A DNA stretch of 64,000 nt from Vicinamibacteria bacterium (GTDB lineage Bacteria; Acidobacteriota; Vicinamibacteria; Vicinamibacterales; UBA8438), in the NCBI GenBank assembly GCA_022820825.1, contig JAJEEU010000080.1, forward strand, positions 9,211 to 73,210. The letters run 5' to 3'. This document shows positions 39,779-50,360 of the stretch, piece by piece. The notes beneath the pieces were generated by a model. That model was not told the DNA's origin and made no database searches. It saw nothing but the letters and a program-made list of their open reading frames with translations. The position numbers and the translations under genes were made by a program. The first letter of the stretch is position 1; each line of letters opens with the position of its first letter.

Positions 39779-40640
39779 CCCGCCGGTGCGTATCGGGGTG
39801 ATTGGCGGGAGCGGCCTGTACGACATGGCCGGCCTGACGGATCGCGAGGAGGTGCCCGTTTCCACGCCGTTCGGGGAGCCTTCGGCGCCGTTCGTGATCG
39901 GCTTGCTGGCGGGGCGGCGCGTGGCGTTTCTCGCCCGCCACGGCGTCGGTCACCGGATCCTGCCGTCGGAGCTGAACTTCCGCGCGAACATCTACGCCCT
40001 CAAGACGCTCGGCGTCGAATGGATCGTGTCGGCGAGCGCGGTGGGCAGCCTGAATGAGGAGTACCGTCCGCTCGACATCGTGATCCCGGACCAGTTTCTC
40101 GATCGGACGCGCGGTCGGATCGGCACCTTCTTCGGAGACGGGCTGGTCGCGCACATCCCGTTCGCGCATCCGATCTGCTCGGCTTTCGCGGAAATGGCCG
40201 CCGACGCGTGCGCCGCATCCGGCGCCCGCACGCACATCGGAGGTACGTACGTCTGCATGGAAGGCCCGCAGTTCTCCACGCTGGCGGAGTCGCGGCTGTA
40301 CCGGTCGTGGGGCATGGACGTCATCGGCATGACCAACCTCCAGGAAGCCAAGCTCGCGCGCGAGGCGGAGATGTGCTACGTCACGCTGGCGCTGGTCACC
40401 GACTACGACTGCTGGCATCCGGATCACGACCACGTCACGGTAGAGATGATCGTCCAGAACCTGATGCACAACGCCGAGACCGCGCAGCGCGTGGTGAAGG
40501 CCCTGGTCGAGCGCCTGCCGGCGGACAGGACCTGCGGCTGCGCCACGGCGCTCGCGTCCGCCATCATCACCCGTCCGGAAGCCGTGCCCGCGGCGACCCG
40601 GCAGAAGCTGGCGCCTATCGTCGGGAAGTACCTGAGCTGA
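39771..40640 (+). CDS. mtnP: S-methyl-5'-thioadenosine phosphorylase
   Basis: GVIGGSG, ARHG, EGPQFST.AES, GMTN, TDYDCW. Confidence 0.93.
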   Translation: MPDPPVRIGVIGGSGLYDMAGLTDREEVPVSTPFGEPSAPFVIGLLAGRRVAFLARHGVGHRILPSELNFRANIYALKTLGVEWIVSASAVGSLNEEYRPLDIVIPDQFLDRTRGRIGTFFGDGLVAHIPFAHPICSAFAEMAADACAASGARTHIGGTYVCMEGPQFSTLAESRLYRSWGMDVIGMTNLQEAKLAREAEMCYVTLALVTDYDCWHPDHDHVTVEMIVQNLMHNAETAQRVVKALVERLPADRTCGCATALASAIITRPEAVPAATRQKLAPIVGKYLS

Positions 40641-40643
40641 CGG

Positions 40644-41555
40644 ATGCAGCCGATCCTGACCGTGGGCTCCGTGGCCTTCGATTCGATCAAGACGCCGGCA
40701 GGCGAGGTGTCGCGCGTCGTCGGGGGCGCTGCCACCTATTTCAGCCTGGCCGCGTCGTTCTTCGCCCCCGTGCGGCTGGTTGCCGTCGTCGGTGACGACT
40801 TCGGCCCGCGGCAGCAGACCGTTTTCGACGGGCGGCCGATCGACCTGCGCGGTCTGCAGCGCGTCGCGGGCGAGACCTTCCGCTGGCGCGGGGAGTACTA
40901 CGACGACCTGAACCGGCGCGAGACGATATACACCGAGCTCAACGTGTTCGACGCGTTCCGGCCGCGCATTCCGGCGGAGTTCCGCGCGAGTCCCTTCGTC
41001 TTTCTCGCCAACATCCACCCGGCCCTGCAACTGGAGGTGCTCGAGCAGGTGGCGTCCCCGGGGCTCGTCGCGCTCGATACGATGAACTACTGGATCGAGG
41101 GGACGCCGGACGCGCTGCGCCGCGTGCTGGCGCGCGTCGACGTGCTGATCATCAACGACGAGGAAGCGCGCCAGCTCAGCGGCGAGCGGAACCTCGTCAA
41201 GGCCGCCCGTGCAATCCGGGCGCTGGGTCCGCCACGCGTCGTGATCAAGCGCGGCGAGCACGGCGTCCTCATGAACCTGGGCGAGCGGTTCTTCGCCGCG
41301 CCCGCGATGCCGCTGGAGGAGGTATGCGATCCGACCGGCGCGGGCGATACCTTCGCCGGGGGGTTCATCGGTTATCTGGCGTCGGCGGCCGGCATGTCGG
41401 ACGCCGTATTGGCCCAGGCGGTCGTTGCAGGCAGCACGATGGCTTCCTTCGCGGTGCAGGCCTTCGGCGTCGAGCGGCTGCTGCGGCTGGACACGGCGGA
41501 AGTGGCGGCCCGCTTCGAGCAGTTCCGGCAGCTCACGCAGTTCGAGCCGCTGTAA
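40644..41555 (+). CDS. PfkB-family carbohydrate/nucleoside kinase
   Basis: GSVAFD, GGAA, DPTGAGDTFAGG. Confidence 0.9.
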   Translation: MQPILTVGSVAFDSIKTPAGEVSRVVGGAATYFSLAASFFAPVRLVAVVGDDFGPRQQTVFDGRPIDLRGLQRVAGETFRWRGEYYDDLNRRETIYTELNVFDAFRPRIPAEFRASPFVFLANIHPALQLEVLEQVASPGLVALDTMNYWIEGTPDALRRVLARVDVLIINDEEARQLSGERNLVKAARAIRALGPPRVVIKRGEHGVLMNLGERFFAAPAMPLEEVCDPTGAGDTFAGGFIGYLASAAGMSDAVLAQAVVAGSTMASFAVQAFGVERLLRLDTAEVAARFEQFRQLTQFEPL

Positions 41556-41575
41556 TATCCGGCGAGGTTACGACC

Positions 41576-41971
41576 ATGGCGCAGGCACGGCGTGTTCCGC
41601 GGCCGCCCGCACCGAGTCCGGCGCTCGTGTGCGCGGCCGCCTGGGCCTGGCCCGGCGCGGGGCACCTGCTGCTGGGCCGCCGCCGCACCGGGCTGATCCT
41701 CCTGGCGGCGCTGCCGCTGATGTTCGCCGTCGGCCTGTCGCTCGAGGGGCGCTTGTTTCCGTTCGATCCGGGGCAGCCGCTGGTGCTGCTGATGGCGCTC
41801 GCGGACCTGGGAATCGGGATGCCGTACCTGGCGGCGGCGGCGCTGGGACTGGGAGACGGGCGGGTAGTGGCGCCCACCCACGAATACGGAAACACGTTTC
41901 TGATCGTGGCCGGGTTGCTCAACCTGCTGGTAGTGCTCGATGCGGGCGACATCGCGCGGGGGCGCAAGTAG
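41576..41971 (+). CDS. membrane hypothetical protein (DUF6677-like)
   Basis: WPGAGH, EYG..F..VAGLLN.L...DA pattern. Confidence 0.7.
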   Translation: MAQARRVPRPPAPSPALVCAAAWAWPGAGHLLLGRRRTGLILLAALPLMFAVGLSLEGRLFPFDPGQPLVLLMALADLGIGMPYLAAAALGLGDGRVVAPTHEYGNTFLIVAGLLNLLVVLDAGDIARGRK

Positions 41972-41990
41972 GCCGCCGCCGCGCCGCAGC

Positions 41991-42170
41991 ATGCCGATGG
42001 CCAGCCACTTCCTGATGATGGTGCTGTTCGGCGGCTTCGTGTCGCTGGTCTTCGCGCTGCTGGCGCGTGACGATCCGCGCGAACAGTTGCGCTTCGGCGC
42101 GCTGCTCTGGGCGGCGTTCACGGCGTCCGCGGTCGTGATCGGCTGGTTCATGTACCCCCTGCCGTTCTAG
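41991..42170 (+). CDS. small two-TM membrane protein
   Basis: 59-aa hydrophobic ORF filling the operon gap. Confidence 0.7.
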   Translation: MPMASHFLMMVLFGGFVSLVFALLARDDPREQLRFGALLWAAFTASAVVIGWFMYPLPF

Positions 42171-42177
42171 GAGCCGC

Positions 42178-42585
42178 ATGGGTTTCAGCCTGCCTCGCGC
42201 AGTTCGAGCATGGCTGCCGGCCGCCGTGATGATGGCGTTGCTGTTTCTCGCCTCTTCGATCCCGGGTTCCTCCTTCGCGCTGCGGTCGGGATACTCCCTC
42301 GCCGCGCACGCCCTGACCTACGGCCTGCTGGGCGTGCTCGTGCTGCATGCACTCGCAGGAGGGCGCTGGCGCGGCATCACGGGCCGCCACGCGGCCGGCG
42401 CCGTGGTGATTGCCGGGCTGTATGGACTGACCGACGAGCTCCACCAGCGCTTCGTGCCGGGACGGACCGCGGATCTGCTCGACCTGGGCGCCGACGTGGC
42501 CGGGGCGCTGTGCGGCGTCCTGCTCGTCTGGGCGTGCGGTATAGTCTTGTCGATTCGCCAGCCTGATGCGGGTGAGCGCCGCTAG
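42178..42585 (+). CDS. VanZ-family membrane protein
   Basis: H...YG.LG, YG..DE.HQ.FVPGR.....D..AD. Confidence 0.88.
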   Translation: MGFSLPRAVRAWLPAAVMMALLFLASSIPGSSFALRSGYSLAAHALTYGLLGVLVLHALAGGRWRGITGRHAAGAVVIAGLYGLTDELHQRFVPGRTADLLDLGADVAGALCGVLLVWACGIVLSIRQPDAGERR

Positions 42586-42588
42586 TTC

Positions 42589-43371
42589 ATGGAAAACGTA
42601 GTTGTCACGCCGGCCGGGGACGATCGCGTCGCTCGCGTTACCGTGACACGGCCGAAGGTCCTCAACGCGCTCAACGCGGCCACCATCACGGAGCTGCTCG
42701 ATGCGTTCGGACAGTTGTGCGCCGATGACGCGGTCCGCGCCATCATCCTGACGGGCGCGGGCGAGCGGGCGTTCGTGGCGGGGGCCGATATCGCCGAGCT
42801 GGCGCGGCTGCAGCCCGCTGGAGCGCGCGAGCTGGCGCGGCGCGGACAACGGCTGTGCGACCTGATTGAGAGCGGCGGCAAGCCGGTCGTCGCCGCCATC
42901 AACGGCTTTGCCCTGGGCGGCGGCTGCGAGCTGGCCATGGCCTGCACCCTGCGCGTGGCGGCCGACACGGCCCGCATCGGACAACCGGAGATCAACCTGG
43001 GGATCCTTCCCGGATACGGCGGTACGCAGCGGCTGCCGCGCCTGGTCGGACCCGGACCGGCCCTGGAGATCCTGCTGACGGGTGATCCCGTCACGGCGGA
43101 GGAGGCTCGACGCCTGGGCCTCGTGAACCGGGTGGTGCCGGCCGATCGATTGCCGGCGGAAGCCGCCGCCCTGGCCGCTTCCCTGGCGGCGAAGCCGGCG
43201 GTGGCGGTGCGCTACATCCTCGACGCCGTCCGATCGGGCATGCAGATGTCGCTTGGCGACGGCTGCGACTACGAGGCGTCCCTGTTCGGACTCGTGGCCG
43301 CGACCGACGACATGCGCGAGGGCACGCGCGCGTTTCTGGAAAAACGCCGGCCGGAGTTCAAGGGACGGTGA
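42589..43371 (+). CDS. enoyl-CoA hydratase (crotonase family)
   Basis: AFVAGADI, NGFALGGGCE, GQPEINLG..PGYGGTQRL. Confidence 0.93.
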   Translation: MENVVVTPAGDDRVARVTVTRPKVLNALNAATITELLDAFGQLCADDAVRAIILTGAGERAFVAGADIAELARLQPAGARELARRGQRLCDLIESGGKPVVAAINGFALGGGCELAMACTLRVAADTARIGQPEINLGILPGYGGTQRLPRLVGPGPALEILLTGDPVTAEEARRLGLVNRVVPADRLPAEAAALAASLAAKPAVAVRYILDAVRSGMQMSLGDGCDYEASLFGLVAATDDMREGTRAFLEKRRPEFKGR

Positions 43372-43874
43372 AGACCGCGCCCGCGGCGCAGGACGCTCCC
43401 GGTATCGACGCCGGCAATCTGAGGATCGCCCTCGTGGTCTCGGCCTATCATGACGACATCACCGGCGCGCTGCGCGCCGGCGCCACGGCGGCGCTCGAGC
43501 ACGCGGGCGTACGCGGGGACGCGGTGGCCGTGATTCCGGTCCCGGGCGCGTTCGAGATTCCGTTCGCCGCGCGGCAGGCGGCCGAGACGCGCCGCTTCGA
43601 TGCGATCGTCTGCCTGGGATGCGTGATTCGCGGGCAGACGCCGCACTACGACTACATCGCTTCGGCGGTCGCCCACGGCATCATGATCGCGTCGCAGACG
43701 ACCGGTGTCCCGATCAGCTTCGGCGTGCTCACCACGAACACGCTCGGCGAAGCCGTCGCCCGGTCCGGTCCGGGCGAGGCGAACAAGGGTTGGGAAGCCG
43801 CCATGGCCGCGTTGCAGCTCACGGACGTCAAGCGCCGCCTGACGCGGCCGCGGGCTTCCGGATCGGCCGCGTGA
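43368..43874 (+). CDS. ribH: 6,7-dimethyl-8-ribityllumazine synthase
   Basis: VPGAFEIP, LGCVIRG.T.H.DY, FGVLT, NKG.EAA. Confidence 0.96.
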   Translation: MKTAPAAQDAPGIDAGNLRIALVVSAYHDDITGALRAGATAALEHAGVRGDAVAVIPVPGAFEIPFAARQAAETRRFDAIVCLGCVIRGQTPHYDYIASAVAHGIMIASQTTGVPISFGVLTTNTLGEAVARSGPGEANKGWEAAMAALQLTDVKRRLTRPRASGSAA

Positions 43875-44317
43875 CCGCCGGGCGCAGCGCGACGGAACGC
43901 CACCGCGCGCGCGAGGCCGCGCTGCAACTGCTGTATCAATGGGAAGTGGGCTGGGCCGGCGCCGGCGGCCTCGGCGACACGAGCGAGGCATACTGGCGTG
44001 TCAACCCCGCGCCCGACGCCCGGCGCCGCTTCGCCACGCAGCTCGTGGAAGGGACGGCGGCCCACCTCGACGCGATCGACGCGTTGCTGGAGGCCAACGC
44101 CCACAACTGGCGGCTGGCCCGGATGGCGGTGATCGACCGGCTCATCATGCGGATGGCGGTCTACGAGCTCGCCCACACCGACACGCCGGCTCCGGTCGTG
44201 ATCGATGAGGCGCTGGAGCTGGCCAGGACGTACAGCGGCGAGGGCGCCATCGCCTTCATCAACGGGGTTCTGGACGGCATATCCCGCCGACTGGAGTCAG
44301 ATGGCGCGGATGGGTGA
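43871..44317 (+). CDS. nusB: transcription antitermination factor NusB
   Basis: R..ARE.ALQ.LY, IDR.I.R, VVIDEA.ELA, FINGVLD; follows ribH. Confidence 0.95.
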   Translation: MTAGRSATERHRAREAALQLLYQWEVGWAGAGGLGDTSEAYWRVNPAPDARRRFATQLVEGTAAHLDAIDALLEANAHNWRLARMAVIDRLIMRMAVYELAHTDTPAPVVIDEALELARTYSGEGAIAFINGVLDGISRRLESDGADG

Positions 44318-44323
44318 TTCCAG

Positions 44324-45835
44324 GTGAACCGCAGGGAGGACTCGGACCAGTTGCGGCAGCGCCGCGAGAACCTGGAGAAGCTGCGCGCGCTCGACGTGCA
44401 GCCGTACCCGCACCGTTTCGAGGCCTCCGGCACGGTGTCGGCGATCGCCGCGGAGCACGCCGCACGCTCCGGTGAGGATCTGGAGAACGCGCGTCCCGAG
44501 GCGGCCACCGCCGGCCGCATCGTCGCGATCCGCAGCTTCGGCAAGGCCCGCTTCCTGGTGCTGTCCGACGGCAAGGCGCGCCTGCAGGCGTACGTTCGGA
44601 AGGACTCGGTCAGCGCGCGCGACTTCGAAGTGGTGAAGCTGCTCGATGTCGGCGATGTTGTCGGCGTGGCCGGCCGCATCTTCCGCACGCGGACCGACGA
44701 GCTGACCGTCTGGGCGGCGCGCGTCGAGTTCCTGGCCAAGTGCTTCGAGCCGCTGCCGGAGAAATGGCACGGCCTGACCGATATCGAGATCCGCTACCGG
44801 CAGCGCTATCTCGACCTGATCGTCAATCCCCCGTCCCGGAAGGTCTTCGAGGTGCGGGCGCGCGCGATCCGGGCCATCCGGGAGTTTCTCGACGCGCGCG
44901 GCTACCTCGAGGTCGAGACGCCGATGATGCAGCCGCTGGCGGGCGGCGCGCTCGCGCGGCCGTTCGTCACGCACCACAACGCGCTCGACCTGCCGCTGTA
45001 CCTGCGCGTCGCGCCGGAGCTGTACCTGAAGCGGCTGGTCGTCGGCGGCATGGAGCGCGTCTACGAGATCAACCGCAATTTCCGGAACGAGGGGATTTCG
45101 ACCCGCCACAACCCCGAGTTCACGATGCTGGAGTTCTACGAGGCGTACAGCGACTACGCGGCGCTGATGACGCTGACCGAGGAGTTGCTGCGCCACGTCG
45201 CAAAGGCGGCGCTCGACGGGCGCGAGTTCACGTTCAACGGCGAGAGTATCGACTTCGCGCCGAAGTTCGCCAGGGTCAAGCTGCGGCAGGCCGTGTGCGA
45301 GGCAGCGGCGAAGCAACTGGACGGCAGCGTATCCGAAGCGCAGTTGCGCGACCCGGAGCAGGCGGCCGGTCTGGCCCGCGAGCTGGAAATCGAGGTCACG
45401 CCCGGCGCGGGCGCGGGCCGCATCACGTTCGAGCTGTTCGAGGCGCTGTGCGAGCAGGCGCTCGTGCAGCCGACTTTCGTCCACGACTTCCCGACCGAGG
45501 TGTCGCCGCTCTCGAAGCAGCGTGCCGACGACCCGGAGACGGTGGAGCGGTTCGAGTTGTACATTGCAGGCATGGAGATCGCCAACGCGTTCAGCGAGCT
45601 GAACGACCCGGACGAGCAGCGCCGGCGGTTCGAGGAGCAGCTTGCGGCGCGCACCGCGGGCGACGAGGAGGCGCACGCGCTGGACGAGGAATACATCCGT
45701 GCGCTCGAATACGGCCTGCCGCCGGCGGCCGGCGAGGGGATCGGTATCGACCGCCTGGTGATGCTGCTCACCGGCAGCCCGTCGATTCGGGACGTCATCC
45801 TCTTCCCGTTGCTGCGCCCCGTACGAATGGAGTGA
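44324..45835 (+). CDS. lysS: lysine--tRNA ligase (class II)
   Basis: [44 protein letters not shown]. Confidence 0.98.
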   Translation: MNRREDSDQLRQRRENLEKLRALDVQPYPHRFEASGTVSAIAAEHAARSGEDLENARPEAATAGRIVAIRSFGKARFLVLSDGKARLQAYVRKDSVSARDFEVVKLLDVGDVVGVAGRIFRTRTDELTVWAARVEFLAKCFEPLPEKWHGLTDIEIRYRQRYLDLIVNPPSRKVFEVRARAIRAIREFLDARGYLEVETPMMQPLAGGALARPFVTHHNALDLPLYLRVAPELYLKRLVVGGMERVYEINRNFRNEGISTRHNPEFTMLEFYEAYSDYAALMTLTEELLRHVAKAALDGREFTFNGESIDFAPKFARVKLRQAVCEAAAKQLDGSVSEAQLRDPEQAAGLARELEIEVTPGAGAGRITFELFEALCEQALVQPTFVHDFPTEVSPLSKQRADDPETVERFELYIAGMEIANAFSELNDPDEQRRRFEEQLAARTAGDEEAHALDEEYIRALEYGLPPAAGEGIGIDRLVMLLTGSPSIRDVILFPLLRPVRME

Positions 45836-45839
45836 AGCG

Positions 45840-47075
45840 GTGTCCTTCGAGTGGCACGTCGCGATGCGCTACCTGCTGGCCCGCCGCCGGCAGGCGTTCA
45901 TCTCGCTCATCTCGCTGATTTCGACGCTCGGCGTGACAGTCGGCGTGATGGCGCTGGTGGTGGCGCTCGCGCTGATGACCGGGATGCAGCGCGAGCTGCG
46001 CGATCGGATCACCGGCTCGGAGGCGCACGTGTACGTCTGGGACGTGGCGCGCGGCGGCTTCGAGGACCCGGACGCCGAGGCCCGCCGGCTCGCGGCGTTG
46101 CCGCGCGTCCTGGCGGCCGCGCCGTCCATCCTCGGCAAGGCGCTGGCTACCACGCGCAACGGCGAGGCGTTCATCAGCGTCAAGGGGATCGATCCGGACC
46201 TGGAGCAGCATGTGACCGAGGTGGCGTCGGCGGTCCGGGGCGGCAACCTCGCGGACCTGGAACGGTCCGACATCGACCCGCCGGCGCTCGGCGGCGTGCT
46301 GCTCGGCGACGGGGTGGCGGCGCAGCTCGGCGCCTTCGTCGGCGACGAGATAACGCTCATCACCGAGCACGGGACGCTCTCGCCGCTGGGGATGATGCCG
46401 CGGCCGCGCCGGTTGCAGGTGGTCGGGACCTTCAATCTGGGGCTGTACACCTACGACAACGGCTACGGTTTCGTATCGCTCGACGTGGCGCAGCGGCTGT
46501 TCAACAAGGAGCGCGCGGAGCTCATGGAGCTCCGCGTCGACGACGTATATGAATCGCGCGCGGTGGCCGCGGAAGTGGCGGACGCGCTCGGCCCCGGCTA
46601 CGTGACCGAGGACTGGTCGCAGCTCAACCAGTCGCTCTTCTCCGCCCTGTGGCTGGAGAAGATGGCCATCTCGATCACCATCGGACTGATAGTCATGGTG
46701 GCGGCGTTGAACATCGTCGCCTCGCTCGTGCTGCTGGTGATGGAGAAGAGCCGCGACATCGCGATCCTGAAGACGATGGGCGCCGCGTCCCGCGCCATCA
46801 TGCGGATCTTCATGCTGCAGGGCATCGTCATCGGCGTGGTCGGGACCACGGTGGGCGCGGGCGCGGGGTACCTCCTGGCGACGCTGCTGGACCGCTATCG
46901 GGTGATCAGCCTCGAGGTCGAGGTGTACGACCTGTCCTACGTGCCGTTCACGGTGGAGCCGTTCGATTTCACCGTGGTGGTCATTGCGGCGCTCGTAATC
47001 TGCTTCGCCGCCACGATCTACCCGGCGCGCCAGGCGTCGCGCCTGGATCCGGCGGAGGCGCTGAGGTACCGGTGA
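45840..47075 (+). CDS. lipoprotein-releasing ABC transporter permease (LolC/E)
   Basis: A.RYL, GV.VGV.AL, VAA.NI, IAILK.MGA, YPA.QA..L.P.EALRY. Confidence 0.92.
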   Translation: MSFEWHVAMRYLLARRRQAFISLISLISTLGVTVGVMALVVALALMTGMQRELRDRITGSEAHVYVWDVARGGFEDPDAEARRLAALPRVLAAAPSILGKALATTRNGEAFISVKGIDPDLEQHVTEVASAVRGGNLADLERSDIDPPALGGVLLGDGVAAQLGAFVGDEITLITEHGTLSPLGMMPRPRRLQVVGTFNLGLYTYDNGYGFVSLDVAQRLFNKERAELMELRVDDVYESRAVAAEVADALGPGYVTEDWSQLNQSLFSALWLEKMAISITIGLIVMVAALNIVASLVLLVMEKSRDIAILKTMGAASRAIMRIFMLQGIVIGVVGTTVGAGAGYLLATLLDRYRVISLEVEVYDLSYVPFTVEPFDFTVVVIAALVICFAATIYPARQASRLDPAEALRYR

Positions 47076-47761
47076 CGGCGGCGCGAGAGCCCTTCCTGGA
47101 GGTCGCCCGCCTCTCCAAGTCGTACGCCGTGGCGGGCGGCTCGCTGGCGGTGCTCAAGGGGCTGGACCTGGAAGTCGAAGCCGGCGAGATGGTGGCGGTG
47201 GTCGGCACGTCCGGCGTGGGCAAGAGCACGCTCATGCACGCCCTCGGCGGGCTCGACCGCGTGGACGCCGGGCGGATCGTCGTCGGCGGCACGGAAGTGA
47301 CGGCCCTGCCGGATGCGGAGCTCGTCCGGTTCCGCAACCGCCACGTCGGGTTCGTCTTCCAGTTCCACCATCTGCTGCCGGAATTCAGCGCGCTCGAGAA
47401 CGCGGCAATGCCCATGCGCATCGCCGGCCTGCCGCCGGACGAGGCGGGTGCGCGCGCCGCCGCCGTGCTGGACGAGGTCGGCCTCGGCGAGCGCCTGGAT
47501 CACCGTCCCGGGATGCTGTCGGGCGGCGAGCAGCAACGCGTGGCGGTGGCCCGTGCGCTCGTGATGCGTCCGTCCCTGCTGCTGGCGGACGAGCCGACCG
47601 GCGACCTCGACGAGTCGACCGCCGTGCGGCTGCACGAGCTGCTGCGCGAGATGCACCGCGTGCACGATCTGACGTCGCTGATCGCGACCCACAATCTGCG
47701 TCTCGCGGCCGCGTGCGACCGCGTGCTGCGCCTCGAGGAAGGCCGCCTCCGGCCGGCCTAG
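47072..47761 (+). CDS. lolD: lipoprotein-releasing ABC transporter ATPase
   Basis: GTSGVGKST, FVFQFHHLLPEF, LSGGEQQR, LLADEPTG. Confidence 0.93.
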   Translation: MTAAREPFLEVARLSKSYAVAGGSLAVLKGLDLEVEAGEMVAVVGTSGVGKSTLMHALGGLDRVDAGRIVVGGTEVTALPDAELVRFRNRHVGFVFQFHHLLPEFSALENAAMPMRIAGLPPDEAGARAAAVLDEVGLGERLDHRPGMLSGGEQQRVAVARALVMRPSLLLADEPTGDLDESTAVRLHELLREMHRVHDLTSLIATHNLRLAAACDRVLRLEEGRLRPA

Positions 47762-47794
47762 CAGCCCGCCGCGGGCCGGCGTTTGCGGGCGGAT

Positions 47795-47803
47795 TGGTAT
47801 AAT
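47795..47803 (+). promoter_or_regulatory. extended -10 promoter upstream of clpC
   Basis: TGGTATAAT in the intergenic region. Confidence 0.55.
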
Positions 47804-47859
47804 GCGGGCAGCTCTGACGGAGCATCGGACCTTGCTACGCCGTTGACGGGTGGGAGTGG

Positions 47860-50304
47860 ATGTTTGAGCGGTACACCGAGCGTGCCCGCCGCGTTCTGTT
47901 CTTCGCGCGCTACGAGGCGAGCCAGCTCGGCAGCATATCGATCGAGACCGAGCACCTGCTGCTGGGGCTGATCCGCGAAGGCAAGGGGCTGACCAGCCGC
48001 ATTTTCGCGCGTTCCCACCTGTCGCTGGAGAACATCCGCAAGGACGTCGAAGGCCGGACGGTCCTGCGCGAGAAGGTATCCACCTCGGTCGACATCCCCT
48101 TCAGCACCGAGACGAAGCGCGTGCTCCAGCACGCGGCGGAGGAAGCCGACCGGTTGTTGCACAACTACGTCGGCACGGAGCATCTCCTGATCGGCATCCT
48201 GCGCGAGGAGCGCTCGGTCGCCGCGTCCATCCTGTTCGAAAAGGGGATGCGGCTCAACAGCGTCCGCGGCGATGTCGTCCAGTTGCTCAGCGAGAAGACC
48301 ACCCTGACGCGCGTGAAGGAGACGCCGCTGCTCGCGGAGTTCAGCCGCGATCTGACCGAGGCCGCCGTCAAGAATCAGCTCGATCCGCTCGTGGGCCGCC
48401 GGACGGAGCTGGAGCGGGTGCAGCAGGTGCTGTGCCGCCGCACGAAGAACAACGCGGTGCTCATCGGCGAGCCGGGGGTCGGCAAGACCGCGATCGTGGA
48501 GGGGTTGGCGCAGCGGATCGTGGCGGGCGACGTGCCGCATTTCCTGGCCGACAAGCGGATGCTGGCGCTGGACATCTCGCTCATCGTGGCCGGCACGAAG
48601 TATCGCGGACAGTTCGAGGAACGCCTCAAGGCGATCATGAAGGAGCTGGCCGAGAACCCGAACATCATCGTGTTCATCGACGAGCTCCACACGCTGGTGG
48701 GAGCCGGGTCCGCGGAAGGCTCGCTCGACGCCGCCAACATCCTGAAGCCGGCGCTCTCGCGCGGCGAGATCCGCTGCATCGGTGCGACGACGCCGGCCGA
48801 GTACCGCAAGCACATCGAGAAGGACCGGTCGCTGGAGCGCCGCTTCCAGGCGATTCGGGTCGATCCGCCGACCGAGGCGGAGGCGCTCGAGATCCTGCTC
48901 GGCGTCAAGGACCGCTACGAGCAGTTCCACCGCGTCGCGTATACGAGGGAGGCGATGGAGGCGGCCGTCAACCAGTCGAGCCGCTACATCAGCGACCGGT
49001 TCCTGCCCGACAAGGCGATCGACCTTGTCGACGAGGCGGGCGCCTGCGTCAAGCTGCGCGAGGCGGGCGGCAGCGACGAGTTCAGCGAGATCAACAAGAG
49101 CGTGCGCGTGGCCGTGGAGCAGATGGAGAACGCCACCGCCCGCAAGGACTTCGACCAGGCGCAGTTCTTCCGCGAGCAGGTGGCGCTGGCGCGCGAGAAC
49201 CTGCAGTTCGTGCGCGAGAAGTTCGTCGTCAAGGCGGGCGAGCACGAGGTGCAGGTCGGCAGGGCCGAGATCGACGAGGTGGTTTCGAAGTGGACCGGCG
49301 TGCCGCTGTCGTCCGTCAACGAGGATGAAGGGCTGAAGCTCGTACGGATGGAGGAACACCTGCACCAGCGGGTCATCAGCCAGGAGACGGCCATCTCGGC
49401 GCTGGCCCGGGCCATACGCCGCTCGCGCGCCGGATTGAAGGCGCCCAACCGGCCGGTGGGCAGCTTCGTGTTTCTCGGACCGACCGGGGTCGGCAAGACC
49501 GAGTTGGCCCGCGCCCTGGCGAATTTCCTGTTCGGCAGCGACACGGCGCTGATCCGCTTCGACATGTCGGAGTACATGGAGAAGCACTCCGTGTCGAAGC
49601 TGATCGGCTCACCGCCCGGCTATGTAGGACACGAAGAAGGCGGGCAACTGACCGAGAAGGTCAAGCGGCATCCGTACTCCGTGGTGCTGCTCGACGAGAT
49701 AGAGAAAGCGCACCCCGACCTGTTCAACATCCTGCTGCAGGTGTTCGAGGACGGGCATCTCACCGACGGCCTGGGCAACCGCATCGATTTCAAGAACACC
49801 ATCGTCATCATGACCTCCAACATCGGCGCCCGGCACATCCAGAAGCAGGCGGCGATGGGCTTCCAGTCGCCCGCCGCCGAGGAGCGCCAGCGGAGCGTCT
49901 CCGACATGGTGCTGGGCGAGGTCAAGCGGACGTTCAATCCGGAGTTCATCAATCGCGTGGACGAGATCATCGTCTTCGAAGCGCTGCAGGACGACGATCT
50001 CAGGAAGATCACGGAGATGCTCGTGGCGCGGCTCAACGAGAACCTCGTCGACCGCATGATCCGGATTTCGTTGACGCCGGACGTGGTCGGCTGGATCATC
50101 GAGCAGACCTGCAAGGACCGCTCGTACGGCGCCCGCCCGTTGCGGCGCGCCATCCAGCGCCACGTCGAGGATCCGTTGTCCGAGGAGCTCATCCGGGGCC
50201 AGCTCGACAGCGGCGACATCGAGGTGTACCTCGATGGCGGCGCGCTCGCCTTCCGGCGGCTGGGTGATGCGGTGGAAGGCCAGCGGCTGGCGTCGGGCGT
50301 CTAA
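47860..50304 (+). CDS. clpC: ATP-dependent Clp protease ATPase subunit (ClpC type)
   Basis: two Clp-N repeats, [11 protein letters not shown]-like middle domain, [11 protein letters not shown] ClpP-docking loop. Confidence 0.95.
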   Translation: MFERYTERARRVLFFARYEASQLGSISIETEHLLLGLIREGKGLTSRIFARSHLSLENIRKDVEGRTVLREKVSTSVDIPFSTETKRVLQHAAEEADRLLHNYVGTEHLLIGILREERSVAASILFEKGMRLNSVRGDVVQLLSEKTTLTRVKETPLLAEFSRDLTEAAVKNQLDPLVGRRTELERVQQVLCRRTKNNAVLIGEPGVGKTAIVEGLAQRIVAGDVPHFLADKRMLALDISLIVAGTKYRGQFEERLKAIMKELAENPNIIVFIDELHTLVGAGSAEGSLDAANILKPALSRGEIRCIGATTPAEYRKHIEKDRSLERRFQAIRVDPPTEAEALEILLGVKDRYEQFHRVAYTREAMEAAVNQSSRYISDRFLPDKAIDLVDEAGACVKLREAGGSDEFSEINKSVRVAVEQMENATARKDFDQAQFFREQVALARENLQFVREKFVVKAGEHEVQVGRAEIDEVVSKWTGVPLSSVNEDEGLKLVRMEEHLHQRVISQETAISALARAIRRSRAGLKAPNRPVGSFVFLGPTGVGKTELARALANFLFGSDTALIRFDMSEYMEKHSVSKLIGSPPGYVGHEEGGQLTEKVKRHPYSVVLLDEIEKAHPDLFNILLQVFEDGHLTDGLGNRIDFKNTIVIMTSNIGARHIQKQAAMGFQSPAAEERQRSVSDMVLGEVKRTFNPEFINRVDEIIVFEALQDDDLRKITEMLVARLNENLVDRMIRISLTPDVVGWIIEQTCKDRSYGARPLRRAIQRHVEDPLSEELIRGQLDSGDIEVYLDGGALAFRRLGDAVEGQRLASGV

Positions 50305-50360
50305 GTTTCGTACACTGGCATACTTGTTGCCATGCGCCGCGGCGCAGGCTGCTACAGGTA